Assembly: GCA_963751455.1 (NCBI GenBank)
Contig: CAVVUN010000008.1
Location: 64,001-128,000 of the forward strand
DNA from: Nitrospirota bacterium
GTDB lineage: Bacteria; Nitrospirota; UBA9217
Direction of reading: 5' to 3'
DNA length: 64,000 nucleotides
Part shown: piece by piece, positions 17,784 through 29,283 of the stretch
Layout of the letters: each line of letters opens with the position of its first letter
Position numbering within the stretch: the stretch's first letter is position 1
Position numbers and translations under genes: made by a program
Notes under the pieces: generated by a model
The model's database searches: none
What the model was told of the DNA's origin: nothing
The model's input: only the letters and a program-made list of their open reading frames with translations

Positions 17784-18536
17784 TTACTTCACGGTGTTCT
17801 TCAGGCTTCCTATTCCTTCGATCCGAACCTCGATCTCGTCCCCCGGTTTCATCGGTCCGATTCCCGGCGGCGTGCCGGATATGATGAGGTCGCCCGGCTC
17901 GAGCGTCATGATCTGCGAGATGAAGCTTACAAGATAGGGAATCCTGAAAATAAACTGAGAGGTGCGCGAAGACTGCTTTCGCTCACTGTTCAGATAAGCC
18001 TCGATGAGAAGATCGCCCGGGTCGAGATCGGTCTCTATCCAGGGCCCCACAGGGCAGAAGGTATCGAAAGATTTGGCGCGCGTCCACTGCCCGTCCTTTT
18101 GCTGCAGATCCCGTGCGGTAACATCATTCACGCACGTATAGCCCAGTATGTGGACAGCAGCCTCTTCGGGAGTGATGTTCCTCGTCCGGTCCCTGATTAC
18201 AATTCCGAGTTCTGCTTCATAATCAACCCGCGCACTGCTCGCGGGATAGACGATCGTTTCTGCCGGACCGATGACGCTCGTAGGCGGCTTCAAAAAGATG
18301 ATCGGTTCCTCCGCGACCGGGAAGCCGAGTTCCTCCGCATGGTCACGGTAATTCAGCCCGACCGCTACGATCTTAGACGGATGCGAGGGTGCAAGAAGTT
18401 TCACCCGGGACAGGAAGTGACGGGTCGTGGCTGTTGTGAAAGAGGAAAAGGTGTTTCTTTCAAGTTCCGAAATCTCGTCCCCGTCCAGTATTCCGCATGC
18501 CTGCCTGGCCCCTGCCAAAAACCGAACCAGTTTCAT
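17784..18536 (-). CDS. fumarylacetoacetate hydrolase family protein
   Basis: VGLNYRDH, FLKP, DYEAEL, NDVTARD, AKSFDTFCP, GTPPG. Confidence 0.93.
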   Translation of the reverse strand: MKLVRFLAGARQACGILDGDEISELERNTFSSFTTATTRHFLSRVKLLAPSHPSKIVAVGLNYRDHAEELGFPVAEEPIIFLKPPTSVIGPAETIVYPASSARVDYEAELGIVIRDRTRNITPEEAAVHILGYTCVNDVTARDLQQKDGQWTRAKSFDTFCPVGPWIETDLDPGDLLIEAYLNSERKQSSRTSQFIFRIPYLVSFISQIMTLEPGDLIISGTPPGIGPMKPGDEIEVRIEGIGSLKNTVK

Positions 18537-18600
18537 AGACGACCGCCGTTCTGCCCGAGACGGTTAAGTTCTACCCCTGGAAAACGTAGAAAAGCGTTTG

Positions 18601-18735
18601 TTAGTGTTGCTTCGTCTCAGACCAGTGAAACATGAATCAAGAATCTGTCTCACACGGAGTAAACAGAATACAGTATTAGACTCTTTTCTTTGTGGCTTTG
18701 TGGCTTCGTGTGAAAATTGCTTTTCGGTTCTGGGT
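18601..18735 (-). repeat. composite intergenic palindrome, CACAAA subtype (copy related to 39790-39965 and 45670-45832)
   Basis: Right arm is the reverse complement of the left arm at 39807-39842 (34/36 identity by eye). Confidence 0.75.
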
Positions 18736-18761
18736 TAGAACAGACGCCATCACCGCCAATA

Positions 18762-19529
18762 TTACTTGCCGTCGATCCAGGCGGAAAGCTGGTCGGCTGG
18801 CCGAAACCCGTTCAGAACCGTTCCATCGTCCCGTATAAGGGTCGGTGTGCTGTTGAATCCCAGTTTTTGTACCAGCGCCTTGTTCTTCTCTACCTGCTCG
18901 TTCGAGCACTTGGGCTCAGGCACGGGTTTCCCTTCGAAAGCTTCGTTGGTGAGGTGAACCGATTTTTCACACAGGATCGCCTGGACCTTTTTGTAGGCGT
19001 CTTTGTGCATGGGGAGGGGATACAGCATCAGGTAAAATGCCACATCCTTCCTCGCGGTCAGCACTTTCTTCATCTCTGCGTGGAGGTTTCTGCAATACGG
19101 GCAATCAGGGTCGGTAATGACCACCACTTTCCGTGCGGCGTTTTTCGGACCAAAAACAACAGCATTCTTGAGCGGAATACTGGAAAAATTAACCTTTGCG
19201 GGAGCCGGTGGAGGCATTTTCCCGATCGTATCGACCGGTACCATTTGACCGGCAATCAGATATTTCTTGGAAAAATCGAGAAACAGCGCGCCGTGTTTTC
19301 CGTCCGCGTCAACGTCGATCTGCCAAATGCTTTTGACCGGTGAAAGTTTTATATCGACTATTTTTCCGTTCGGCACCAATTTTTTGACGATGACGTCGGC
19401 TTCCTTCTTTTCCAGTTTATGGCAGTCGGTACAGTTGCCCGCGCACCCGTCTGCGTTTGAAAATGCGCTCGTGGAAAACGGGAAAAGAAATAGAACACCC
19501 AATAGCAGGTTAAGCAGGATCTTTTTCAT
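18762..19529 (-). CDS. DsbC-family thiol:disulfide interchange protein
   Basis: Signal peptide, TDPDCPYC active site, STPT cis-Pro loop; extra N-terminal CTDCH (CxxCH). Confidence 0.88.
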   Translation of the reverse strand: MKKILLNLLLGVLFLFPFSTSAFSNADGCAGNCTDCHKLEKKEADVIVKKLVPNGKIVDIKLSPVKSIWQIDVDADGKHGALFLDFSKKYLIAGQMVPVDTIGKMPPPAPAKVNFSSIPLKNAVVFGPKNAARKVVVITDPDCPYCRNLHAEMKKVLTARKDVAFYLMLYPLPMHKDAYKKVQAILCEKSVHLTNEAFEGKPVPEPKCSNEQVEKNKALVQKLGFNSTPTLIRDDGTVLNGFRPADQLSAWIDGK

Positions 19530-19591
19530 TCAGTAAACTCCTTTAGTTCAAAGTGACAACAAGCCATACAGTGACTGATCTTTACTCAACA

Positions 19592-20401
19592 TTATTTCAA
19601 TCCCAGCACGTCCCGCATATCGTACAATCCGGGCTTCTGTCCGACTACCCATTTTGCGGCCCGCAGCGCTCCGGCGGCAAACGTGTCCCGGCTGTGCGCG
19701 CGATGCGTTATCTCGATGCGCTCGCCTTTGCCCGCGAACATGACCGTATGTTCTCCGACGATGTCTCCTGCCCGGACGGTTTGGATCCCTATTTCTTTTT
19801 TTGACCTTTCGCCGATCATGCCCTTGCGCGTGTACACACCTACTTCGTCAAGATTCCTGTGGACGGCATCCGCCAATACCTGGGCCATCTTGACCGCAGT
19901 ACCGGACGGGGCGTCTTTTTTCATGCGGTGATGCGCTTCGACGATCTCCATATCATAGTCCTCGCCAACGGTCCTGGCCACTTCTTCCAGGATTTTAAAG
20001 CAGAGGTTTACGCCGATGCTCATGTTCGGGGAGAGCACGCAGGGAATCTTCTGGACGAACTTTCTGATTTCATCGAGCTGCGGCCCTGAAAAACCGGTGG
20101 AGCCGATGACAGCCGGTTTGCCGAGCTCCGCGCACGTACGGATGTGATCCAGGCTCGACTCGGGGAAGGTAAAATCAATCAGGACATCGCCGGCTTTCAG
20201 CGCCGCGGCCAGATCGTCCGTTATCATGATAAGGACTCCGCCGCTCGGAAGACCCGCCGGACCGTAGGAATCCTTGCCGACAAGGGCATGGCCTTTTCGT
20301 TCTATCGCTCCTGAAAGACGGATACCGTCCGCCGATGAAAGCAGATTGATGATACGGGACCCCATTCTGCCGGCTGCGCCGGTAACGACCGCTTTGATCA
20401 T
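19592..20401 (-). CDS. dapB: 4-hydroxy-tetrahydrodipicolinate reductase
   Basis: GAAGRMG, EAHHRMKKDAPSGTA, GDIVGEH. Confidence 0.97.
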   Translation of the reverse strand: MIKAVVTGAAGRMGSRIINLLSSADGIRLSGAIERKGHALVGKDSYGPAGLPSGGVLIMITDDLAAALKAGDVLIDFTFPESSLDHIRTCAELGKPAVIGSTGFSGPQLDEIRKFVQKIPCVLSPNMSIGVNLCFKILEEVARTVGEDYDMEIVEAHHRMKKDAPSGTAVKMAQVLADAVHRNLDEVGVYTRKGMIGERSKKEIGIQTVRAGDIVGEHTVMFAGKGERIEITHRAHSRDTFAAGALRAAKWVVGQKPGLYDMRDVLGLK

Positions 20402-20422
20402 AATAACACTCCTATAATCTTT

Positions 20423-20493
20423 GGCCGCAGATTTCGCAGAGTCGCGCAGATTTTTTTCTGCTTGATCCGCTTTTTCCGCGTTAATCCGCGTCC
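20423..20493. repeat. intergenic palindrome, CGCAGA/CGCGGA subtype
   Basis: ggccgcagatttcgcagagtcgcgcagat ... atccgctttttccgcgttaatccgcgtcc. Confidence 0.75.
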
Positions 20494-20508
20494 ACTGGTT
20501 TCTCTTTT

Positions 20509-21381
20509 TTACAGCAATCCGTAATCCTTCAGCGACTTCTTAAGCTTCTCCTTGTTCGCGTCGGCCATCGGGCAGAGCGGCAGTCTGAACTCCTCGGCTA
20601 TCCTGCCCATAAAGGCGAGAGAAGTCTTGACCGGGATCGGGTTCGTTTCGATGAACATGGCGCTGTGCAGCGGCTCCATCTTATAATGGAGCCTCAGCGC
20701 CTCTTCCATCTTGCCTGCAAAGAAGGCGTCAAACATGCCTGCGGCATCAGCAGGAACGATATTCGTGGTTACCGAAATGGCGCCGACTCCCCCCAGGCAA
20801 AGAAGCGGCAGCGTGGTAAAATCGTCGCCGGAAATGACGTCGAAATCTTTGCCGCAGAGCCGGATCAGTTCACTGACCTGCTTCATATCGCCTGTTGCTT
20901 CCTTGATGCCGACGATGTTCTTGATAGACCGGAGCCGGGCCACGGTTGAAGGCAGCATGTTAACGCTCGTTCTTCCCGGAACGTTATACAACACAATCGG
21001 GATATCCGTGGATTCGGCCACCTTCTTGAAGTGCTGGTAGAGTCCTTCCTGGGTCGGTTTGTTGTAATAGGGCGTGATCAGCAGAACGCCGTCGGCGCCG
21101 GCCGTCTTCGAGAACTTAGTCAGCTCCAGAGTTTCCGCGGTGCTGTTCGACCCGGCGCCGGCGATCACGGGCGTCCTTTTGTTCACTGTCTTTACTGTAA
21201 ACTCCACAACGCGGCGATGCTCCTCGTGTGATAGCGTGGCGGACTCTCCGGTCGTTCCGCACGGCACAATAACGTCGGTGCCGCTTTTTATATGAAACTC
21301 GATCAGGTCGCCAAGAGCCTTTTCGTCCAGCTTGCCGTTTTTGAACGGTGTAACGATCGCAACCATTGAACCTTTGAACAT
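20509..21381 (-). CDS. dapA: 4-hydroxy-tetrahydrodipicolinate synthase
   Basis: GTTGES, PYYNKP, YNVPGRT, GIKEA, ETNPIPVK. Confidence 0.97.
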   Translation of the reverse strand: MFKGSMVAIVTPFKNGKLDEKALGDLIEFHIKSGTDVIVPCGTTGESATLSHEEHRRVVEFTVKTVNKRTPVIAGAGSNSTAETLELTKFSKTAGADGVLLITPYYNKPTQEGLYQHFKKVAESTDIPIVLYNVPGRTSVNMLPSTVARLRSIKNIVGIKEATGDMKQVSELIRLCGKDFDVISGDDFTTLPLLCLGGVGAISVTTNIVPADAAGMFDAFFAGKMEEALRLHYKMEPLHSAMFIETNPIPVKTSLAFMGRIAEEFRLPLCPMADANKEKLKKSLKDYGLL

Positions 21382-21540
21382 AAAGCCTCCTCGCGGTAAA
21401 CTCCGCAGTTATAAACGTTACTCGTAAATCGGCAACGAAACCCGTATCGGCATTGGTTGCGTTGTTCGGTTTATACCGTTACCACTTGACGCTGAACGAA
21501 ACCGGCATCGTTACCATAACCTCTCGACACGCGATCCGCG

Positions 21541-22353
21541 CTAAATATAAAGCATTCCCTCGCAGATCACCTCTGCGGCGCCTTCAAGACGAAGATTGAC
21601 GAACCCGTCCCCGGTTCTTTCGAACGAAACGACCAGTTTTTCTCCGCTTCTCGTCATTACCGTGACCGGAGAGGAAACGAGGTCAAGCTTGCCCGCGATC
21701 AACGCGGCAGCCACGGAACCGGTGCCGCAAGCCATCGTCTCGCCCTCAACGCCGCGCTCGTAGGTCCTGACTTTCAAGATTCGGGGACCGACGACTTGAA
21801 CAAAATTAACGTTGGCGCCGCGCGGCTTGAAAAGGTCGCTGTAACGCGTCTTCCTGCCTGTTTCCTTCACGTCCTCTGCTTCAACGCTGTCCGAGAAATA
21901 GACGAGATGAGGAACGCCGGTATTGATGAAATGGCCGACTCTCGCCTCGTTCTCGAGCGGTACGGTCACATTCATGCGTATATCACCTGCTCCAGTCAGC
22001 TGCACCCTGACCCCGCTTTTCCTGATCTCCGCATGAATAAGCCCGGCCAGCGTTTCGAACGACATCGCCTTTTTCGCGATTTTTTTTATGTATGCGAAAC
22101 GGGCTGCACAGCGGGATCCGTTTCCGCACATCTCGGCCTCGCTCCCGTCCGCATTGAAGAACCGCCATTTGAAATCAGCCGTCCTGGATCGCACAATAAC
22201 GATCAGGCCGTCCGCGCCGACCGAGTAATGGCGGTCGCATACAGCGCCCGCCACACCCTTCAGATCCCTTCCCTTCAGGATCTGCCTGCGGTTGTCAATC
22301 AGGATGAAATCGTTGCCGCTTCCCTGCATTTTGTAAAATGGTATCTTTTTCAT
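21541..22353 (-). CDS. dapF: diaminopimelate epimerase
   Basis: KMQGSGNDF, EMCGNG, ERGVEGETMACGTG. Start reassigned to 22353. Confidence 0.96.
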   Translation of the reverse strand: MKKIPFYKMQGSGNDFILIDNRRQILKGRDLKGVAGAVCDRHYSVGADGLIVIVRSRTADFKWRFFNADGSEAEMCGNGSRCAARFAYIKKIAKKAMSFETLAGLIHAEIRKSGVRVQLTGAGDIRMNVTVPLENEARVGHFINTGVPHLVYFSDSVEAEDVKETGRKTRYSDLFKPRGANVNFVQVVGPRILKVRTYERGVEGETMACGTGSVAAALIAGKLDLVSSPVTVMTRSGEKLVVSFERTGDGFVNLRLEGAAEVICEGMLYI

Positions 22354-22431
22354 GGCTTCTTTACGAAATATTTCTGTCTTTCTTTTTGGTTTAATTCCGC
22401 AATCCGCATTCGCCAAACCGAGATCTGTAAC

Positions 22432-23691
22432 CTAGTCCAGCCACCGGGGTATTTTCTCGCCCCTGATCAGATCGCTGTATGTCTCGCGGTCTCTGACGAT
22501 AAAATACTCACTGCCTCTCACCATTACTTCAGCCGGACGCATTCGGGAGTTATAGGTCGACGCCATGGAGAACCCGTACGCGCCGGCGCTCATTACGGCC
22601 AGAAGGTCCCCGTCTTGTACTTCCGGCATTTCACGGTCCTTCGCGAGGAAATCTCCTGATTCGCAAATCGGACCGACCACGTCGAAAACTGCCTTTTCTC
22701 TGGAAACGGGCTCGACCACCGCTTTTATTTCGTGAAATGCGTGATACAGACTGGGGCGGATCAGGTCGTTCATACCCGCATCGACGATCAGAAACCTCTT
22801 CTCTCCGCTGTCTTTATGATAAAGAACGCTCGTCACGAGGATACCTGCGTTGCCCACTATCGCCCGTCCGGGCTCCAGAACCAGCGTGCATTTGCAGTCC
22901 TTTATGAACGGCTGGATCGCTTCAGAGAGATCGCGCGGAAGCGGCGGTGTTTCATCGCGGTAGGTGATACCCAAACCTCCGCCGATGTTGATATACCGGA
23001 TGTTGACGCCGGCTGATCGGAGCTCCCGCACGAAACCCGTCAGCTTCTCGAGCGCGTCTACAAACGGTTTGATCTCGGTAATCTGGGAACCGATATGCTG
23101 GTGAATGCCGACCACTTCCACGTGGCCCAGGCTTTTGGCAGTCTGGTAATACTCCAGCGCATGCTCGATCGGTATGCCGAATTTATTTTCTTTGAGCCCG
23201 GTTGAGATATAAGCATGTGTTTTCGGGTCGATGTCCGGGTTCACCCTGAGCGCAATAGGCGCTTTCGCGTGCATTTCACAGGCGGCCCGGTCAATCGCCA
23301 GAAGTTCCTCCCCGGATTCCACATTGAACATCAGAATCCCGACTTTGAGAGCGTACTCGATTTCGTCCCTTCGTTTACCCACCCCGGCATAGACGATTTT
23401 CTTCGGCGGTATGCCGGCGCGGAGGGCGCGAAACAGTTCGCCTCCGGATACGATGTCCGCTCCCGCCCCTTCCTTCCCCAGCAGTCTCAATACCGCGCTG
23501 TTCGAATTCGATTTGAGCGCAAAGCAGATAACGTGCTGAACGCCCGCAAAGGCGCTCTCAAACGCACGGACATGGTTCGCAAGAGTATTGCTGCTGTACA
23601 GGTAAAAGGGCGTGCCTACACGCTGGGCAATGGTCCTTACCGGAACACCCTCGCAACACAGTTCACCGTTTTTATATATGAAATCATGCAT
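22432..23691 (-). CDS. lysA: diaminopimelate decarboxylase
   Basis: FALKSN, HIGSQ, GGGLG, EPGR, GPICESGD, GAYG. Confidence 0.97.
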   Translation of the reverse strand: MHDFIYKNGELCCEGVPVRTIAQRVGTPFYLYSSNTLANHVRAFESAFAGVQHVICFALKSNSNSAVLRLLGKEGAGADIVSGGELFRALRAGIPPKKIVYAGVGKRRDEIEYALKVGILMFNVESGEELLAIDRAACEMHAKAPIALRVNPDIDPKTHAYISTGLKENKFGIPIEHALEYYQTAKSLGHVEVVGIHQHIGSQITEIKPFVDALEKLTGFVRELRSAGVNIRYINIGGGLGITYRDETPPLPRDLSEAIQPFIKDCKCTLVLEPGRAIVGNAGILVTSVLYHKDSGEKRFLIVDAGMNDLIRPSLYHAFHEIKAVVEPVSREKAVFDVVGPICESGDFLAKDREMPEVQDGDLLAVMSAGAYGFSMASTYNSRMRPAEVMVRGSEYFIVRDRETYSDLIRGEKIPRWLD

Positions 23692-23772
23692 GGGAACGTG
23701 GTCCTGAATATAATTTACAGCACGGCCTAGGGCCGCAACAGATCACAACGTCAAAGGACGCAACACAATTCT

Positions 23773-24843
23773 TTATCTAAGCTTCTCCGCGTACGCTTTT
23801 TGCTCCTGGGACCTGGGGCTTTCGTTACCCGAGGTGTCTACCGCGGAAACAGCGTAATAGTATAACACACCGGGCCTCACATTCTCATCAGAATAGGTGC
23901 TCCGGTTTATCGGCTTTTCCGTCAGCCGCTCGAAATCTCTGCCGCTCCGTGTCGACCGGTAGACATAATACCCGGCGAGGTCGCGTTCGCTGTTTTCGTT
24001 CCAGGTCATGAAGACCCTGCCCACACCCGGAACCACCGTCAGACCTGCCGGCCTTTCGGGCGGAGCCAGGTCCCGCGAAGCGGCTGACGCTTCCGGCGAA
24101 TTGAGACTCTCCTTCCAGGGAAGCATGGGACTGTCGACGGAACGGACCACGTAATAATACGTTTTGTCGTTCACAACGGCGGTATCTTTAAAGCTGTTGG
24201 TCCGGACCGGCTCCTTGTTCAAGGTAGTCTCGTCGTACCGGCCTGAAACTGTTCCCCGATACACGTTGTATCCGACGAAGCCTTCGTATCTGCTGCCGTC
24301 CGCCCGCGTGGTTACCTGATCCCAGGCAAGAACAATGTGGCTGTCACCGCCTATGGCGCTCAGCATTTTCGGCGCTGCAAGGGAGATAAGCGGGGCCACT
24401 CTCACTTCTTCCGATGGCTGGCTCATTCCGCCCCTGGCCGTTACCACCCTGATGCGGTAACTGTAGACGATTCCGTACCGCAGGCGGTCGTCGCTCCAGT
24501 AGACCCTGCCGTTCCTCACTTCTGCCGGAGCGGGATTTGAGAGGTTGATCTCGCCAATTTGCTTGTACCGGTGTTTCTTTTTATCCCGTTCAACTTGGGC
24601 CCTGAAAATCCGGAAGCCGACGATTTCACCCTGGTTCAGGTCCTTGCCTTCGATATTCTTCGTTGGCAGAGGCCACGACAAAAACGCGACGGCATCCCGG
24701 GCGACAATCGTAACATCCTTGACCGGTTCGGAACGAGGGCTCGCTGGCGTAATCGGGTCGGTCTTTCTGCCGCAGCCGGCGGCGACCAGTGTCATGAGAA
24801 CAAGCCCTGTAAAGACAAAGGCACGTCGTCGCTGCGCGTTCAT
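23773..24843 (-). CDS. fibronectin type III domain lipoprotein
   Basis: Lipobox AAGC followed by GRKTDP; three FN3-like repeats (W...GY.VYR...Y.Y.V). Confidence 0.8.
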   Translation of the reverse strand: MNAQRRRAFVFTGLVLMTLVAAGCGRKTDPITPASPRSEPVKDVTIVARDAVAFLSWPLPTKNIEGKDLNQGEIVGFRIFRAQVERDKKKHRYKQIGEINLSNPAPAEVRNGRVYWSDDRLRYGIVYSYRIRVVTARGGMSQPSEEVRVAPLISLAAPKMLSAIGGDSHIVLAWDQVTTRADGSRYEGFVGYNVYRGTVSGRYDETTLNKEPVRTNSFKDTAVVNDKTYYYVVRSVDSPMLPWKESLNSPEASAASRDLAPPERPAGLTVVPGVGRVFMTWNENSERDLAGYYVYRSTRSGRDFERLTEKPINRSTYSDENVRPGVLYYYAVSAVDTSGNESPRSQEQKAYAEKLR

Positions 24844-26276
24844 CGTCTCTTCTTGAGCATATCGAGGCGCTTCTTCAGGTTTCCGGGGGCGGTGCCGCCA
24901 TAGGACGTCCTTCTGCTCACGGAGGACTCGAGCGACAGCGCGTCGTAAACGTCCTCGCGGATGAGCGGCGACAGCTGCTTATATTCCACGAGAGGCATAT
25001 CCACAAGGCCGCACTGCAGCCCCGAAGCCCGCAACACCGCTCTGCCCACGACTTCGTGCGCCTCGCGAAAAGGCATGCCCTTCCTGACCAGATAATCGGC
25101 CAGGTCCGTTGCGGTAATGAACCCGTCCTCGGCCGCGCGGCGCATCACGTCCTTATGAATCGTGATGCTCCTGAGCATCTCGGAGAAAACCCGGAGGGCG
25201 CCCGAAACGGTATCGCAGGTGTCAAAGAGAGGCTCCTTGTCCTCCTGCATGTCGCGGTTGTACGCGAGGGGAAGACCTTTCATCAGCGTAAGAAGCGCAA
25301 CCAGACTGCCGTATACCCGCCCGCATTTGCCGCGGGTAAGCTCTGCCACGTCCGGGTTTTTTTTCTGCGGCATGATCGAGGAGCCGGTAGTAAATGCATC
25401 TGAGATCGTTATGAACCCGAACTCCGCGCTTGACCATATGACAAGCTCCTCGGACAAGCGCGACAGGTGCATCATAATCTGTGCGCACGCCGCCACAAAC
25501 TCAATCGCAAAATCCCTGTCAGATACGGCGTCCATGCTGTTTTCGCATAAACCGCTGAATCCCAGTTTTTTGGCTACGAATTTCCGATCGATAGGCAGAA
25601 CGGTACCCGCAAGCGCTCCCGCGCCGAGCGGCAGGAAATTGACCCGGCCAAAGCAGTCTTCCAGCCTCTCCCGGTCCCGTTCGAACATTTCGTAGTAGGC
25701 CAGCAGATGGTGCCCGAGAAGCACAGGCTGTGCCCGCTGAAGATGGGTATAACCCGGCAGGACGGCGTCCCGGTTCCGATCTGCCAGCTTCAGCAGTACC
25801 TTCTGGAGTTCCTTCAACAAATTGTGGATTTCGGCAATCTCGTCCCGGAGATACATCCGGACGTCGAGGGCCACCTGGTCGTTCCTGCTTCGCGCGGTAT
25901 GCAGTTTACCGCCGACCGGTCCGATCTTCTCGATCAGCCGGCTCTCGATATTCATGTGGATGTCCTCAAGTTCCACGCGGAATTGAAAAGTGCCCGCCGC
26001 GATCTCCTTCAGGATTTCTTCGAGGCCGCGCGCGATTTTCCGGGACTCTGTCTTTGTAATGATTCCCCGGTTGCCGAGCATGGTTGCGTGCACGATGCTG
26101 CCCGCGATGTCGTAGGGGTAAAGGCGCCAGTCGTAGCTTATCGACGCGGTGTATGCATCCGCCAGTTTACTGGTGGCTTCGGTGAAGCGGCCGGACCACG
26201 GCTTGACTGTCTTCGTCGGCTTCTTTACCGCAGGTGACTTTTTCGTTGTCGGTCTCTTTTTTGCCATTTTTTTCAT
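24840..26276 (-). CDS. argH: argininosuccinate lyase
   Basis: WSGRF, LHTARSRNDQV, GYTHLQ, GSSIMPQKKNPD. Confidence 0.97.
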   Translation of the reverse strand: MKKMAKKRPTTKKSPAVKKPTKTVKPWSGRFTEATSKLADAYTASISYDWRLYPYDIAGSIVHATMLGNRGIITKTESRKIARGLEEILKEIAAGTFQFRVELEDIHMNIESRLIEKIGPVGGKLHTARSRNDQVALDVRMYLRDEIAEIHNLLKELQKVLLKLADRNRDAVLPGYTHLQRAQPVLLGHHLLAYYEMFERDRERLEDCFGRVNFLPLGAGALAGTVLPIDRKFVAKKLGFSGLCENSMDAVSDRDFAIEFVAACAQIMMHLSRLSEELVIWSSAEFGFITISDAFTTGSSIMPQKKNPDVAELTRGKCGRVYGSLVALLTLMKGLPLAYNRDMQEDKEPLFDTCDTVSGALRVFSEMLRSITIHKDVMRRAAEDGFITATDLADYLVRKGMPFREAHEVVGRAVLRASGLQCGLVDMPLVEYKQLSPLIREDVYDALSLESSVSRRTSYGGTAPGNLKKRLDMLKKRR

Positions 26277-26349
26277 TAAATCCCAATCTCAAGCGATAAG
26301 CTCTTCAATATCATTAACGAGTTGTTGGAAATTATTTGAAATGTGATTG

Positions 26350-27561
<1,212 letters not shown>

Positions 27562-27582
27562 TAAATTAAATCTCCGATATCC

Positions 27583-27645
27583 GGACGCGGATTTCACAGA
27601 AGAAAAAACAAATATCTATCTGCTTTTTCAGATTTTATCGTGTCC
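27583..27645. repeat. degenerate intergenic palindrome
   Basis: ggacgcggatttcacaga ... atctgc...atcgtgtcc. Confidence 0.55.
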
Positions 27646-27656
27646 AAAAAGGAACT

Positions 27657-28250
27657 TTATTTCCCTTCGACGATCTTTACCTTCATCTCGATCCGTTCGT
27701 TCGGATTGTCGTTCGGGTCTCTCGGCTGGGACACTATTTTGTCAGCTACTTCCATGCCGCTCTCCACTTCTCCAAATGCCGTGTATTGGCGGTTGAGAAA
27801 CGGCGCGTCTTTCACACAGATAAAGAACTGGGAACCGGCGCTGTCCGGGTTCTGGGACCGCGCCATGGAAAGCGTGCCGCGCTTGTGGGGCCGGTCGTTG
27901 AACTCGGCCTTGATAGTGTATCCCGGCCCTCCCATGCCATGCGTCCGTTTGTCCGCATTTTTTGAATTCGGGTCCCCGCCCTGGATCATAAATCCGGGAA
28001 TCACGCGGTGAAAGGTTGTTCCGTCGTAAAAACCCTTTTTTGCGAGGTCGACAAAATTCTTTACATGACCCGGCGCAACATCGGGGAAAAATTTAAGCGT
28101 GATAGAACCAAATTTGGTTTCGATGATTGCCTTCGTAGTCGACATTTTCTTGATCTCCTGTGGTTTCGATTTTTTTTTCGCAGCCTGCGCATGTCCCTGC
28201 AGCGCGCTCACCATGATAACGATAAAGAACAAAAAAAGAGCTTTTTTCAT
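27657..28250 (-). CDS. cyclophilin-type peptidyl-prolyl isomerase, exported
   Basis: FHRVIPGFMIQGGD, SMAR, SAGSQFFI; signal peptide from ATG 28250. Confidence 0.94.
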   Translation of the reverse strand: MKKALFLFFIVIMVSALQGHAQAAKKKSKPQEIKKMSTTKAIIETKFGSITLKFFPDVAPGHVKNFVDLAKKGFYDGTTFHRVIPGFMIQGGDPNSKNADKRTHGMGGPGYTIKAEFNDRPHKRGTLSMARSQNPDSAGSQFFICVKDAPFLNRQYTAFGEVESGMEVADKIVSQPRDPNDNPNERIEMKVKIVEGK

Positions 28251-28540
28251 AAAAACCTCCTTGCTGTGCTTGAAAGTTTCGGCAGAAAAAACAGAATTGT
28301 ACATTTTTACCAGAAAGACAGGGGGATGTCAAACAAAACATAGGTTTGCACATCAAAAACAGGTTGTCCGATTCATTTCGGTCGGTGGTCGGTCCTCTTC
28401 ACGGGGTATGTGTACCTCCATGGGCGCGTGGTCCTAAATCCGTATGCTATACTGTTATCAGAATCGAGAAGGGCCGGCTGACGTCCAGGCCGGTACTAAC
28501 CTGCTTTTATAAATCAAACCAGCGAGTGAAAGGAGAGTGT

Positions 28541-28966
28541 ATGGTACAGAAGGCCAGCACGGCATTGACGGACATGATGAACAAGGCTATTGCGAGGGAA
28601 ATCCAGGTAAGCGTGCAGTACATGTGGCAACACGTAATGGCAAAGGGGCTGGAATCCGCAGAGATCGCGGATGTGTTCAAGGACACAGCCATCACAGAAA
28701 TGAAACACGCGGAAAAGATCGCCGAGCGGCTCTTCTATTTCGACGTTGTACCGACAACCAAGCCCGACCCGATCTCCACAGGGGGATCCGTAAAGGAAAT
28801 GCTCCAGATAGACGCAAAGGCCGAGGAAGAGGCTATCGATCTGTATAAAACGATCGTCAAACAGGCGCAATCCGAGGGAGACTCGACCACCCGGTTGCTT
28901 TTCGAACAGATCCTGTCGCAGGAGGAAGACCACCACGACACGTTCACGACTCTTCTCGGGAAATAA
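28541..28966 (+). CDS. bacterioferritin / ferritin-like protein
   Basis: Di-iron ligands (RE, EMKH, AEE, EEDH); SD AGGAG before ATG 28541. Confidence 0.88.
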   Translation: MVQKASTALTDMMNKAIAREIQVSVQYMWQHVMAKGLESAEIADVFKDTAITEMKHAEKIAERLFYFDVVPTTKPDPISTGGSVKEMLQIDAKAEEEAIDLYKTIVKQAQSEGDSTTRLLFEQILSQEEDHHDTFTTLLGK

Positions 28967-28986
28967 GCTTACCGTATTTTAAATGC

Positions 28987-29018
28987 AAAAGCCGAGGCAT
29001 TACGCCTCGGCTTTTTTT
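28987..29018 (+). terminator. intrinsic terminator (bidirectional geometry)
   Basis: aaaagccgaggc-attac-gcctcggc-ttttttt. Confidence 0.85.
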
Positions 29019-29097
29019 GCCTCTTTTTTACGTCTTTTCTATAGTGTTTGTATTTTTCCGGCTGTGCCATCTCACAAACCTTCCAATCAGCAAAATC

Positions 29098-29127
29098 AAA
29101 AAGCCGGGCATTGAGCCCGGCTTTTTT
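29098..29127 (-). terminator. intrinsic terminator for the tRNA pair
   Basis: aaaaagccgggc-attga-gcccggc-tttttt. Confidence 0.8.
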
Positions 29128-29174
29128 AACAACATGTCTCGTTATTTTTTGCTTTCCCGATTTTTCGAAATTAA

Positions 29175-29251
29175 TGGCGGGGCGGACGGGGCTCGAACCC
29201 GCGACCTCTAGCGTGACAGGCTAGCGTTCTAACCAGCTGAACTACCACCCC
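29175..29251 (-). tRNA. tRNA-Asp(GTC)
   Basis: GGGGTGGTAGTTCAGCTGG...CTAGC-CT-GTC-AC-GCTAG...GGTTCGAG...CCA, 77 nt. Confidence 0.97.
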
Positions 29252-29283
29252 ATTATGATTAACAAGCAGCTTGTTTTGTTTTA

